Source: Candidatus Babelota bacterium (lineage in GTDB: Bacteria; Babelota; Babeliae; Babelales; UBA12411). Taken from it: a DNA stretch of 64,000 bases. Made by a program: the position numbers and the translations under genes. The stretch is taken from contig DOJW01000007.1 in NCBI GenBank assembly GCA_003511165.1, positions 148,324-212,323 of the forward strand. Reading direction: 5' to 3'. The notes below the pieces were generated by a model, which was given only the letters and a program-made list of their open reading frames with translations, did not search any database and had not been told where the DNA came from. Positions 1 through 8,557 of the stretch are shown piece after piece. The stretch's first letter is position 1. Each line of letters opens with the position of its first letter.

Positions 1-40
1 AACTCCTTCTACACTAATCTAAATATTGATCTACCATTTA

Positions 41-67
41 GGCATCCTCGCATATGCGGGGATCCAT
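41..67. repeat. Solo copy of the GC-rich hairpin core repeat (ggcatcctcgcatatgcggggatccat) otherwise clustered at 34.3-35.1 kb
   Basis: Direct comparison with gtcatcctcgcgaatgcggggatccat at 34565-34590. The core is self-complementary (atcctcgc / gcggggat). Confidence 0.6.
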
Positions 68-134
68 TCTTTTATGCTTGCACGATTATACAAATCAAAA
101 AAAAATCAAACAACAAATGTTATAAAAATTTTGC

Positions 135-166
135 AATAAAAAAGGCGAGGAAAAATTTCCTCGCCC
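135..166 (-). terminator. Rho-independent terminator downstream of CDS 206-973
   Basis: 8-bp GC stem ggcgagga (144-151) / tcctcgcc (158-165) with a 6-nt loop. A T-run follows on the minus strand (A-run 135-143 on plus). Confidence 0.6.
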
Positions 167-205
167 TTAAAACTTAAAATATTTTTTTAAATTTTATGTT
201 TGATT

Positions 206-973
206 TTACCAGGAAGAACCACTTTTATGTAACGCATCGGAAGAAGCTTCACCACCGTTTTTTGGTCCACTTTCAACAGCTGAAGCTGAACTAACACCTT
301 CGACTCTGGTTGCAGGCAACTCTGGTGATTTAGCTAAAGGAACTGTATTTCCTGAATGCTTTTCGACTTCTTCTTTCTTAGCGGCTTCTAAAGCTGCTGC
401 TTTTTTATATGCAAATCTATTATAAATTGCTTTGCCACCAAAACCTAAAGCTGCAACTCCGGCTGTACCGAGTACTGCGTAGCAAGCTCTTCTATGTTCA
501 TTCCACAAATATGACATGAAATCTTCTGCTTCGATACCAAATGTTTTTGCAGCTTCAACGGGGTGACTTACTACCCATCTTTCAAGCTCTGCATTTTGAC
601 AAATTAAAACAGCTGCTGCTAAAACAGCAAAAGCTTCTGTACCATAGACTGTAAACTTTGCAAGTTTTGGATTCTTTGATAAATCAGCATAAGAAAATTG
701 TGCTTTTAACATAGCTTCAATTCTTGATTTTTCAGCAGTTAAACTTTCATGACCCAATGCTTCAATAATTTCTGCATTAAAGCCTTTTACGGTTGCATTT
801 TCATCGCTAGCATTAATTCTAGCATTTGCTCGTGTATAATCTTCAGCTGTTGCCGATCTCAATGGATTGCCGATTTCTGGTAAATTTGCTCTAACAGTAT
901 CCAATATTTTTGCATTTACCGTTGCTAAAACCAAACAACCCGCAAGCAATGTGAATATCTTTTTGTTCATCAT
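206..973 (-). CDS. Hypothetical secreted/membrane-anchored protein
   Basis: Full ORF with signal peptide MMNKKIFTLLAGCLVLATVNA. A C-terminal hydrophobic segment (AVLGTAGVAALGFGG) is followed by an Ala/Glu/Ser-rich tail. No family recognised. Confidence 0.6.
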   Translation of the reverse strand: MMNKKIFTLLAGCLVLATVNAKILDTVRANLPEIGNPLRSATAEDYTRANARINASDENATVKGFNAEIIEALGHESLTAEKSRIEAMLKAQFSYADLSKNPKLAKFTVYGTEAFAVLAAAVLICQNAELERWVVSHPVEAAKTFGIEAEDFMSYLWNEHRRACYAVLGTAGVAALGFGGKAIYNRFAYKKAAALEAAKKEEVEKHSGNTVPLAKSPELPATRVEGVSSASAVESGPKNGGEASSDALHKSGSSW

Positions 974-1027
974 ATCTATATTTCCTTTATTTTATTGTTA
1001 TAAAAAATACTCTCGCTACAAAAAAAT

Positions 1028-1606
1028 TTAACTTTTAAATTTTTGCAGCAAAATCTTTATACCAATGTTTATATAATTCATCAAGGAAAAAGTAGAAAAA
1101 ATTATTATGAAAACAAAAAACAAAAAAAATGTTTTTATTGGAATCCATGAAAAGAAAAAGCAGCTCATATACCAGAAGATAAATATAATTTGAAAAAATG
1201 TTGTTAATTTTCCCCAAATGGTAGGATTAATTTTTAAATCGTGAGAAACAAATGCAACCAAAAGCGCACCGATAACAATAATCAATTCACGCACAAGCAA
1301 AAATATTAAAAACCAAAAGGGAATAACAAGTTGCGACATATTTGCAACTATCAAAGATGCGAATGTGGTAAGAAGTAAAATTTTATCCGCTACAGGATCG
1401 AGCAAAGTTCCAAGCGATGTCCGCTGCTTGAACAACCGAGCCGCAAAACCATCCAGCATATCTGTAAGGGCCGCGATAAAAAATAAAATCAGAGCAAGTT
1501 GCCAATTGTTTCGAATTATGTAAAAAGAGATAAACGGAGCAAGTACAATCCGCAAAACTGTAAGCAAGTTGGAAACGGTAATTATTTTCTTTGAATCAAT
1601 AGACAT
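1028..1606 (-). CDS. pgsA: CDP-diacylglycerol--glycerol-3-phosphate 3-phosphatidyltransferase (CDP-alcohol phosphatidyltransferase family)
   Basis: Motif DMLDGFAARLFKQRTSLGTLLDPVADK fits D-x2-DG-x2-AR-x8-G-x3-D-x3-D. The protein is 192 aa and multi-TM, typical PgsA size. Confidence 0.8.
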   Translation of the reverse strand: MSIDSKKIITVSNLLTVLRIVLAPFISFYIIRNNWQLALILFFIAALTDMLDGFAARLFKQRTSLGTLLDPVADKILLLTTFASLIVANMSQLVIPFWFLIFLLVRELIIVIGALLVAFVSHDLKINPTIWGKLTTFFQIIFIFWYMSCFFFSWIPIKTFFLFFVFIIIFSTFSLMNYINIGIKILLQKFKS

Positions 1607-1727
1607 CTTGATAACCTAAACTTTGCAATCCATAACCTTGAAAATATAATTCATTTTATTTATCATTACAAAAGCGTAAAAAATTTACAGCTTTATTTTT
1701 TTAATATTTTTAATTTCAGGGAAAATA

Positions 1728-2699
1728 ATGTTTAAAAGGCCTAGTTCTTCAGTTTTTCTTTTTTTATTAATTTTCACTTCAAATTATCTAAGTGCTGATT
1801 TCCCATTTCAAGTAAAAAAAACAACCCCTAGTAAACTGCTTTATATAAATGCAGAAACAGAAAAACTTTTAAAAGAATATGCCGCACAAGAATATATAAA
1901 TCAAAAAATTGAAATAAAAACCATCGACGGCTTAACAAGAAACGGGGAGCTAAGCTTATGTCGCGATGCAAAAGCGTTGGTGGTTCTATGTCACTACGCA
2001 GCAGGCGATAAACATGACATGGAAATGTATAGAAAATCAATTTTTTCACGCTGCACCACAATCAGTTTCGACTTCCGTCGTTTCGGTGAATGCCATAGAC
2101 ATCAATGTACAACATTTGGTCGAGATGAAGCATATGAAGTTGAAGCAGCTGTAAATTTATTAAAAACCGACCCACGTACCAAAAAGTTATTCAAGAAATT
2201 ACCTATCTATGGTTTTGGAATATCAATGGGAGCGGTAGCGCTAATCGAAGCAGAAAGCAAATATCAATTATTTGACGGATTAATTTTACAATCATCTTAT
2301 GACACTCTCAAAGACCAAGTAAAACGCATGTACCCAATTTTCGACGGCCCACCACTTTGCGCATTTATTTTCCGTCAACCATTCCGAGGCCTTGCATACT
2401 ACAAATATCGAATTAAAGTACGAAAAGTAAAACCTGCTGAATCTATTAAAAAAATTAAAACCCCAATATTTTTGATCCATGCATTAAATGATAATTTTAT
2501 TTCCATCGAAGCATTCTATAAGCTTCAACAAAACGGAAAAAGCATAATCATGACCTGGAATCCTGAAAAAGGAGAACACACAAAAATTTTGGAAACATAC
2601 CCAGCTCTCTACTCACAAAAATGTGAAGAATTTTTTCAAGCTGTAAAAGAACGCAAATTGGCATTAAATAAAAATTGTTCACAAAAACTTTCTTCATAA
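1728..2699 (+). CDS. Secreted alpha/beta-fold hydrolase
   Basis: Signal peptide present. Nucleophile elbow GFGISMGA (GxSxG), later Asp (HALNDNF) and His (KGEHTK) candidates in alpha/beta-hydrolase order. Confidence 0.65.
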   Translation: MFKRPSSSVFLFLLIFTSNYLSADFPFQVKKTTPSKLLYINAETEKLLKEYAAQEYINQKIEIKTIDGLTRNGELSLCRDAKALVVLCHYAAGDKHDMEMYRKSIFSRCTTISFDFRRFGECHRHQCTTFGRDEAYEVEAAVNLLKTDPRTKKLFKKLPIYGFGISMGAVALIEAESKYQLFDGLILQSSYDTLKDQVKRMYPIFDGPPLCAFIFRQPFRGLAYYKYRIKVRKVKPAESIKKIKTPIFLIHALNDNFISIEAFYKLQQNGKSIIMTWNPEKGEHTKILETYPALYSQKCEEFFQAVKERKLALNKNCSQKLSS

Positions 2700-2748
2700 A
2701 CAAAATTTCGCTAGAGTATGCATAAACGAATTTATATAAGGAGATTTT

Positions 2749-4080
2749 ATGAAGAAACTTTTTAGAATTTTATTTTTTACCCTTTTAACTATCGCAAATT
2801 TAAAAGCAGCAGATTTACCAGTATTTTATCGAGCACAACATTTCCAAGGCAATTTCCCCAAAAACGCTACCGAATGGGCAACATCTCCACAAATAAGGTA
2901 TAGCACAGGAAATTCACGCAAGGGTTATGATGCATCTTGTCACACAACAAATGTTTTAAACATTTATGGATTAATTAATGTAAACAAACTTGCATACAAC
3001 ATGGAAAATTTAACAAGTAAACCAATAACAAATCAATGGTTAAACCAAAATACCGGAACAATTCCAAATTATTTTTTTGGCGGTGATAACGGCAAAATAG
3101 AATTAAATGGAAAATTGAAAGTAGATGAATTTGAATTTGATATCCAGCAATATTTAACTTCTGGATTTTTTGCACGATTTTATATGCCGCTTCGACATGT
3201 CAAAATAAATCAGATTAGTTACACCGACAAAACATCAACCACTACAGCACACTATACCGATTTTGAAAGTTTTTTAACAAACAATTTCAATACCGTTTTA
3301 AACGAAAATGGATTACATAACCTGACATCACCTTATAATAAAACATCTGCTGGCGATCTAAATCTTTCTTTGGGATGGCAAGGCAAAGCTAAAATGCACG
3401 AATACATCCAAGAAATAAGTGGTTATGCCGAGCTTGGAGTAACAATCCCTACAGCATCAAAAACTCCACTTGATCAAGTAGTTTATGTCGCAAACTCTTA
3501 TGATGGATTTTATAGCGTCAATGCACGTGGTGTATTTGAAATAACAGTTTGCAACTGGTTAAATGGCGGACTTTATGGAAATTTTTTAACATTTTTCAAT
3601 CAAAGCAGGACCATTCGAATGGCCACAGATAAAACACAATCAGGTCTTGTAATTTTGGAAAAAGGTCACACACAATTGAATGCCGGAAATATTTGGAATC
3701 TTGCAGCATATTTGAAACTCAATCCATTTTTTAAACAAGTTTTAATAAACGTTGGCTACTCTTTCACAAGACAAGAACCAACACATCTAGATGTCCGCGA
3801 TAGTACATTCTTAAGCACTTATATAGCTGCACAACAAGCAGACGCTTCTGTAATTTACAAAGAAACAAAGGACGACGTAGTAAATAGTAATGTACGTTTG
3901 AAAGATTGGTCCCAACATGTTTTGCACTTTCAAATCGGATACGATGCAACAGCAATAAACAATTATAAATATTCACCAACTATCTATTTATCATATGATT
4001 GTCCAATTTACGGCAAAAGATCATACAAAACAGATATGCTTGGTGGCAATATAGGATTAACAATTAAATGGAACTTTTAA
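2749..4080 (+). CDS. Outer-membrane beta-barrel protein, paralog 1 of 3 in the window
   Basis: Signal peptide; C-terminal GLTIKWNF ending in Phe. Shares blocks with ORFs 39074-40390 and 56382-57686 (FY.A.H near the N-terminus, P.R.V....ISYTD, KTS.GD..L.LGW.G, KTDM.G...G..I.W.F). Confidence 0.7.
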   Translation: MKKLFRILFFTLLTIANLKAADLPVFYRAQHFQGNFPKNATEWATSPQIRYSTGNSRKGYDASCHTTNVLNIYGLINVNKLAYNMENLTSKPITNQWLNQNTGTIPNYFFGGDNGKIELNGKLKVDEFEFDIQQYLTSGFFARFYMPLRHVKINQISYTDKTSTTTAHYTDFESFLTNNFNTVLNENGLHNLTSPYNKTSAGDLNLSLGWQGKAKMHEYIQEISGYAELGVTIPTASKTPLDQVVYVANSYDGFYSVNARGVFEITVCNWLNGGLYGNFLTFFNQSRTIRMATDKTQSGLVILEKGHTQLNAGNIWNLAAYLKLNPFFKQVLINVGYSFTRQEPTHLDVRDSTFLSTYIAAQQADASVIYKETKDDVVNSNVRLKDWSQHVLHFQIGYDATAINNYKYSPTIYLSYDCPIYGKRSYKTDMLGGNIGLTIKWNF

Positions 4081-5018
4081 AAAACAAAAAAATATTAAGT
4101 CTTTTACTTTTAACAATCGGATTAAACAATATTAATGCAATGTTTCATCATGAACCAGAAGCTCCACAGCAAAGAAAAAAAGCTCGCGAATATTCCCCTA
4201 GTCCATTGAGCCAAACAGAACTTACAGAACTTAATGCGATATTTCATCATGAACCACAAGCTGCCACGATCGAATCGCCGCAACAAAGAAAAAAGGCTCT
4301 AAAATATGCTCCTAGCCCATTAAGTCAAACCGCGCTTGCTGAATCACAATCTGAACCGGATTTAAGAGCTAGAAATTTTGAAGAAGTTCAACGTCTCATG
4401 CAACAATGCAGACCTGCAAGTTGCCCTCTTACCGACAAAATTTTATTTCATAAATCCGAAGAAGAAATGGAACAAATAAGACAAATAAGAAGATTCGAAT
4501 CATTTAAACAACAAATCGAATCAAATACTATCATCAATCAAAAACTTCGTTCGAAGGCATCAAACATATGTCTTTTTATAAAAATAAATCAATTCCGTAT
4601 GAATATGTTAAATTCATTTACCACAGATGAACTCCTATGGATGCTCAGCGATTACAAATGTCAAACTGATGGCAATTCTATCTTACATTTATTAATAAAC
4701 TATAATTACTCACAAGAAATAATTGAACAAGTTTTAAATAAAATACAAAATAATTACGTTTTAGAATTAATACTAACAAATAAAAATAATGAACAAATAA
4801 ATATTTTAATAGCGGCAATTAATAAAAATAAAGTTGAAATATTTAGAGTGTTTTTTAATACATTAAAAAGATCGCATCTAATTAATGAAGCAACAATTTT
4901 AGAAAAACTCATCGCTATCGCAAAAAATAATGATAATCCTTATATCAATCAAATTTTAGGAATAGAGAAAGAGGAAAATGATGGTCTAGACCCCTGGGAA
5001 AAGGGGCTTTTTGCTTAA
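4068..5018 (+). CDS. Secreted protein with a tandem ~34-aa N-terminal repeat and a degenerate ankyrin-like C-terminal region
   Basis: Signal peptide. Repeat FHHEP..QQRKKA..Y.PSPLSQT.L.E occurs twice (nt 4140-4343). ANK-like strings DGNSILHLLINYNYSQEIIEQVLNK and INILIAAINKNKVEIFRVFFN. The start overlaps the OMP stop by 13 nt. Confidence 0.6.
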   Translation: MELLKNKKILSLLLLTIGLNNINAMFHHEPEAPQQRKKAREYSPSPLSQTELTELNAIFHHEPQAATIESPQQRKKALKYAPSPLSQTALAESQSEPDLRARNFEEVQRLMQQCRPASCPLTDKILFHKSEEEMEQIRQIRRFESFKQQIESNTIINQKLRSKASNICLFIKINQFRMNMLNSFTTDELLWMLSDYKCQTDGNSILHLLINYNYSQEIIEQVLNKIQNNYVLELILTNKNNEQINILIAAINKNKVEIFRVFFNTLKRSHLINEATILEKLIAIAKNNDNPYINQILGIEKEENDGLDPWEKGLFA

Positions 5019-5038
5019 GGTATATTGCAAAGATGGAA

Positions 5039-6072
5039 TTAATTATTCCTTCTTTGCAATTCTATAACAATCGCAGAACAGTTGTCTTCGGAAAAATGTA
5101 AAGCTTTTTCCACTAAATCTTTTGCTAAATTTTCTCCATGTGTTCTTATGTTTTCAGTCAAAAGACGTCCTATGCCACGATTGCTATATTCCCATTCAAA
5201 TTGTTGTTCATCTTTAAAACAGGAAGGTGGTCCTGCAATTCCTTCCCAAACACCATCACAAACTAAAACAATAAAGGTATCATCCGATTTTAGCTTTATT
5301 TTAGTTATGTCTGGTATTGGAGAAATTATGTTTAGGCCATCTGGTTTAAACATAAAATCGCCAATAGTCCTAGTCATTGCAATGTTGGGAGCGGCGCCCG
5401 CATACTGTACGTAACCATTACAAATTTCTGCTCCTTGCGTTAAAACTCTATCTCTTTCTTCTTTAACATAAGGTCTATGATCTGTTGTCGCAAATCTGCA
5501 ATACTAACTAAAACACCCCTACTGTCTCCTAGGTTTATAAAATAAGCAGTGTTATTTTGCTTATCAATATAAACGCATGTTGCGCATGAACCCTGTTTAA
5601 TAGCTTCTTCTCTATTTTTCAATGCTGACTCAACAGTTGCAAAACTTAGAGAAAAAACTTCCCTGTTTAACCAATATTTATCAATTATTTCGAAAATACA
5701 TGCTTGCAAGTTACCTTGCAAGCATTCAGATACAAAACTTCCTCCATGTCCGTCATAAATTCCAGCAAAAATTCTTTTTTCATCTTCAAAAATATTAAAT
5801 CTATCTTCCATAGCAGGGCGCTCATTTTGTACATGATGTTCGTAAATCTTAAATCTAAAAAAATTGTTTGGTAACCTAGGCGTTGTAGCTGCCTGAGGTT
5901 TTGGTAATATAGGTTGTTGCTGCAATTCTTCTACATAATGTGATACATCAAAAGGTTTTTCAGCGGGCTTTTCATTCATAGGCTCGCCCAAACCTTTTGA
6001 AGCCCCGCATCCGGCAAAAACATTGTTGTAAAAAATAAACAGAAAAATTGGTAAAATTTTTATAATTTTCAT
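5039..6072 (-). pseudogene. PP2C-family Ser/Thr phosphatase with lipoprotein-type signal peptide, disrupted by a frameshift
   Basis: N-terminal ORF (6072-5440) carries ERPAMEDRF and GIYDGHGG, then NLGDSRGVL. The other frame (open from ~5503) continues RFATTDHRPYVKEERDRVLTQGAEI...AMTRTIGDF...FIVLVCDGVWE...SEDNCSAIVIEL. The frame change lies within 5488-5510. Lipobox-like VFAGC. Confidence 0.75.
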
Positions 6073-6227
6073 TTGACCTTCTTTTTTGATTTTTATTTTT
6101 GTTAAAACTTTTTATTACAAGTTAATTTTTTTAAAATAACTTAAATTTTCTAAAATTCAATATTCCTTTTTCAAAACCCTTAGCCATCTTAGTCAACTCC
6201 TTGCATCTTTACTTTCGTTCGTACCCA

Positions 6228-6276
6228 TTCGACTACGCCATAAAATGGCTCCGCTCAGGGCAAACGAAAATTTAAA
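6228..6276. repeat. 49-nt hairpin module shared, in inverted orientation, with repeat island C (51234-51282)
   Basis: The reverse complement of 6228-6276 (cgtttgccctgagcggagccattttatggcgtagtcgaatgggtacgaa) matches 51234-51282 with 3 mismatches. Confidence 0.7.
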
Positions 6277-6359
6277 ATATGATTCGATGATAATAACCAC
6301 TGTAAGATTATAAAATAAAGTTTAATGTAGATTCGAAAGAGGTTTAATATTCCAGTGAA

Positions 6360-6900
6360 AGCCACCCCGGCTTAAAAGCCGGGGCTTCTAACTCATGAAA
6401 ACTATTTTTGATTTTGAACATATTTTTTTATCACTTCTTCATCACAACTTCCAACCGTCTCGGCAAAATATCCATCCGACCAAAGACTATCTCCCCAAAG
6501 AAATTCTTCTAACTCAGGAAACTCTTCTCTTATCTTTTTACTACTTCCACCCTTAAACAATTGTATTGCTCTTGCAACACTAGTTTTTGTGTCTAATTGC
6601 ACAATTGCATGTATATGATCAATCTGCACGTTAATTTCTTGTACTTGCCAGTTATTAACTTCTGCGCATTGAATTAATAGTTCCTTAATTCTATCCGCAA
6701 GCATCCCCTTTAAAATTCTTTTTCTATATTTTGGTATCCATATTATATGGTACATAAGCCTGTGTTTTGTATGTGAACCTAACCAATACTTTTTCATATT
6801 TAGGAGTATGCCATCTTTATTGGCGACTCGCAAAATCTCCGATTTTTGCTGCCTCGCCAAGTGGACTCGCATTCATCCCCAGGTTTAAAACCCTGGGGTT
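6360..6900 (-). mobile_element. IS200/IS605-family insertion sequence (tnpA only); exact ends not defined
   Basis: A Y1 transposase gene is flanked by subterminal GC hairpins: ccccggc-ttaaaa-gccgggg (6365-6384) and ccccagg-tttaaaac-cctgggg (6877-6898). It sits in the intergenic gap between the PP2C pseudogene and the MCE gene. Confidence 0.75.
6402..6872 (-). CDS. tnpA: IS200-type Y1 (HUH) transposase TnpA
   Basis: HTKHRLMYHIIWIPKYRKRIL, IDHIHAIVQL (HUH motif) and SDGYFAETVG (catalytic Tyr region). An alternative start at 6797 (MKKYW) gives 131 aa. The 6872 start is preceded by GGGGA, which lies inside the 6877-6898 hairpin. Confidence 0.9.
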   Translation of the reverse strand: MRVHLARQQKSEILRVANKDGILLNMKKYWLGSHTKHRLMYHIIWIPKYRKRILKGMLADRIKELLIQCAEVNNWQVQEINVQIDHIHAIVQLDTKTSVARAIQLFKGGSSKKIREEFPELEEFLWGDSLWSDGYFAETVGSCDEEVIKKYVQNQK

Positions 6901-6910
6901 TTCTGCTCGA

Positions 6911-6945
6911 TTAAATAAAAAAGGAGTGCTCAAAACACACTCCTT
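6911..6945 (-). terminator. Rho-independent terminator after the MCE gene (may also act as the IS200 left-end insulator hairpin)
   Basis: 8-bp stem aaggagtg (6921-6928) / cactcctt (6938-6945). On the minus strand it is followed by ttttttattt. Confidence 0.6.
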
Positions 6946-6951
6946 AAAATT

Positions 6952-8532
6952 TTATGAACCCTTAACACTACCTATCGGCACAGATGATAAAAAGTATTTA
7001 AGATCTTTATCACCGAATCGAATACCAGCGCCAAGGAATGGACTTGCACTATTCTTACTTATCACATCATCTACACCGAATGCTGTATATAGATGCTTCA
7101 TAAAGTAGAATCTGTTCAACCATTTTATATGTGGGCGATTATCATTCATTCGATTTACACCTTTAAAGTCGAACGCTTCTAAAGAAGAAATCCAATGTAA
7201 TTTATCTGTATTAAGAGGAACATAATAATCTACTCCAGCACCAAATGTACTTTCAAACAAACCAATTCTGAAAGCTAAACGATTGAAACGTTTACCAAAT
7301 TGCAAACCAAACAAAATATCATTTTTAGTTTGCGTTGTAACTTGCATCGAATCAGGACGTTTATAAAGATCGCTAACGGTTGGTGCATTTAAAATATTTC
7401 CATTTCTGTCATAACGAACTGTGTCTATAACTTGTCGTTTTACAGACCCTTTATCAGCACCAATTATCTGCAAGTTATAAAAATAATCTTCTTCTGGGCG
7501 GAATCGCAATTCAAAATATGCTTTGTTTTTCCAATCTTTGAACATCGTCTCTGAGTGCATATCAACCAAAATATCTAAAGAATGCATTTTGGATGTATAA
7601 TCGCGAAGACCTTTCATAGTCTTTTTGAAATCATTATAAGTTTCATCTTCATTTATAATTTTACCAACCAAACCTTTTCCAGTGTTAATCTTCTCAGCAA
7701 CTTGTCCAAACTCTTTGAAACTTTCTCGCGCCTGCACCGCTGTATCATCAAGAGTTTCAAATGTTTCACCAACACGCTTTGAAGCATTGCCAAAATTTTC
7801 CATTCCACTAGAAATTGAAGGTAAAACATTTGTGCGAAGTTGTGATGCGGAATCTCTCAAATCTGAAGTAATTGATGGGCCATCTTGACGCAAATTTTGG
7901 GCAAACACTTTGAAATCTTCTAGCATGCCATTCATGTTTTGTTCATTCTTAGTTAAAACACGTTCAAGCACACCAGAAAAATTTGAAATAGTATCCGATG
8001 CTTTTGCAAAACCTTTAAGAACATCTTTAAGATTTTGTGCACCTTCATTTGATGCAAATACATCTTTGAATACAGAAACTACACTTTTTAGATTTGAAGC
8101 AATGTCATTGAATTTATTTAAAAGATCGCTAACACTCGCAGGAGCTTGTGATGGTAAACTTAATGCACTTCCTGGGATCAAATAACCAGTAGAAGAATCT
8201 CCCGGATCAATTTCCAAAAATTTGTTACCAAGCAAACTTTCTTGACGAACTAAAGCAACTGCATTTTTAGCAAGTTTATTTTTTTTATTAACCAAAAATA
8301 CAACCATTGCTCTACCGGCATCTTGTAATTTGATATCGACAACTTTTCCAACATCAACTCCAGCAATTTTCACCGGATCTTTGATTTCAAGACCGGCTGT
8401 ATCAGAAAAATAAGCTTTGTATGAATGAAAATTATCACGATCTACTCGAAACGAACCTATTGTAAAACTTAAATAAAAAAATATTCCGATCGCACCGAGT
8501 ATAAATAGACCAACGAGAGTTTCTGTTTTCAC
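6952..8532 (-). CDS. MCE/MlaD-domain protein with a long helical region and a C-terminal beta-rich domain
   Basis: N-terminal TM (LVGLFILGAIGIFFYLSF) then an MlaD-like domain (YKAYFSDTAGLEIKDPVKIAGVDVGKVVDIKL). About 180 aa are helix-like, and the last ~220 aa have alternating aromatic/polar patterns. Confidence 0.75.
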   Translation of the reverse strand: MKTETLVGLFILGAIGIFFYLSFTIGSFRVDRDNFHSYKAYFSDTAGLEIKDPVKIAGVDVGKVVDIKLQDAGRAMVVFLVNKKNKLAKNAVALVRQESLLGNKFLEIDPGDSSTGYLIPGSALSLPSQAPASVSDLLNKFNDIASNLKSVVSVFKDVFASNEGAQNLKDVLKGFAKASDTISNFSGVLERVLTKNEQNMNGMLEDFKVFAQNLRQDGPSITSDLRDSASQLRTNVLPSISSGMENFGNASKRVGETFETLDDTAVQARESFKEFGQVAEKINTGKGLVGKIINEDETYNDFKKTMKGLRDYTSKMHSLDILVDMHSETMFKDWKNKAYFELRFRPEEDYFYNLQIIGADKGSVKRQVIDTVRYDRNGNILNAPTVSDLYKRPDSMQVTTQTKNDILFGLQFGKRFNRLAFRIGLFESTFGAGVDYYVPLNTDKLHWISSLEAFDFKGVNRMNDNRPHIKWLNRFYFMKHLYTAFGVDDVISKNSASPFLGAGIRFGDKDLKYFLSSVPIGSVKGS

Positions 8533-8557
8533 CGATAGCTCCAGTTTTCAAAAACTT

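Noticed and set aside
5488-5510. Programmed ribosomal frameshift in the PP2C gene
   Set aside because: No slippery heptamer or downstream stimulatory structure is evident at the frame junction. A pseudogene or sequencing indel is the simpler explanation.
6767-7108. ORF 6767-7108(+) spanning the IS200 end and the MCE gene 3' end
   Set aside because: It runs antisense to both tnpA and the MCE gene and crosses the hairpin and terminator region, so it is a chance ORF.
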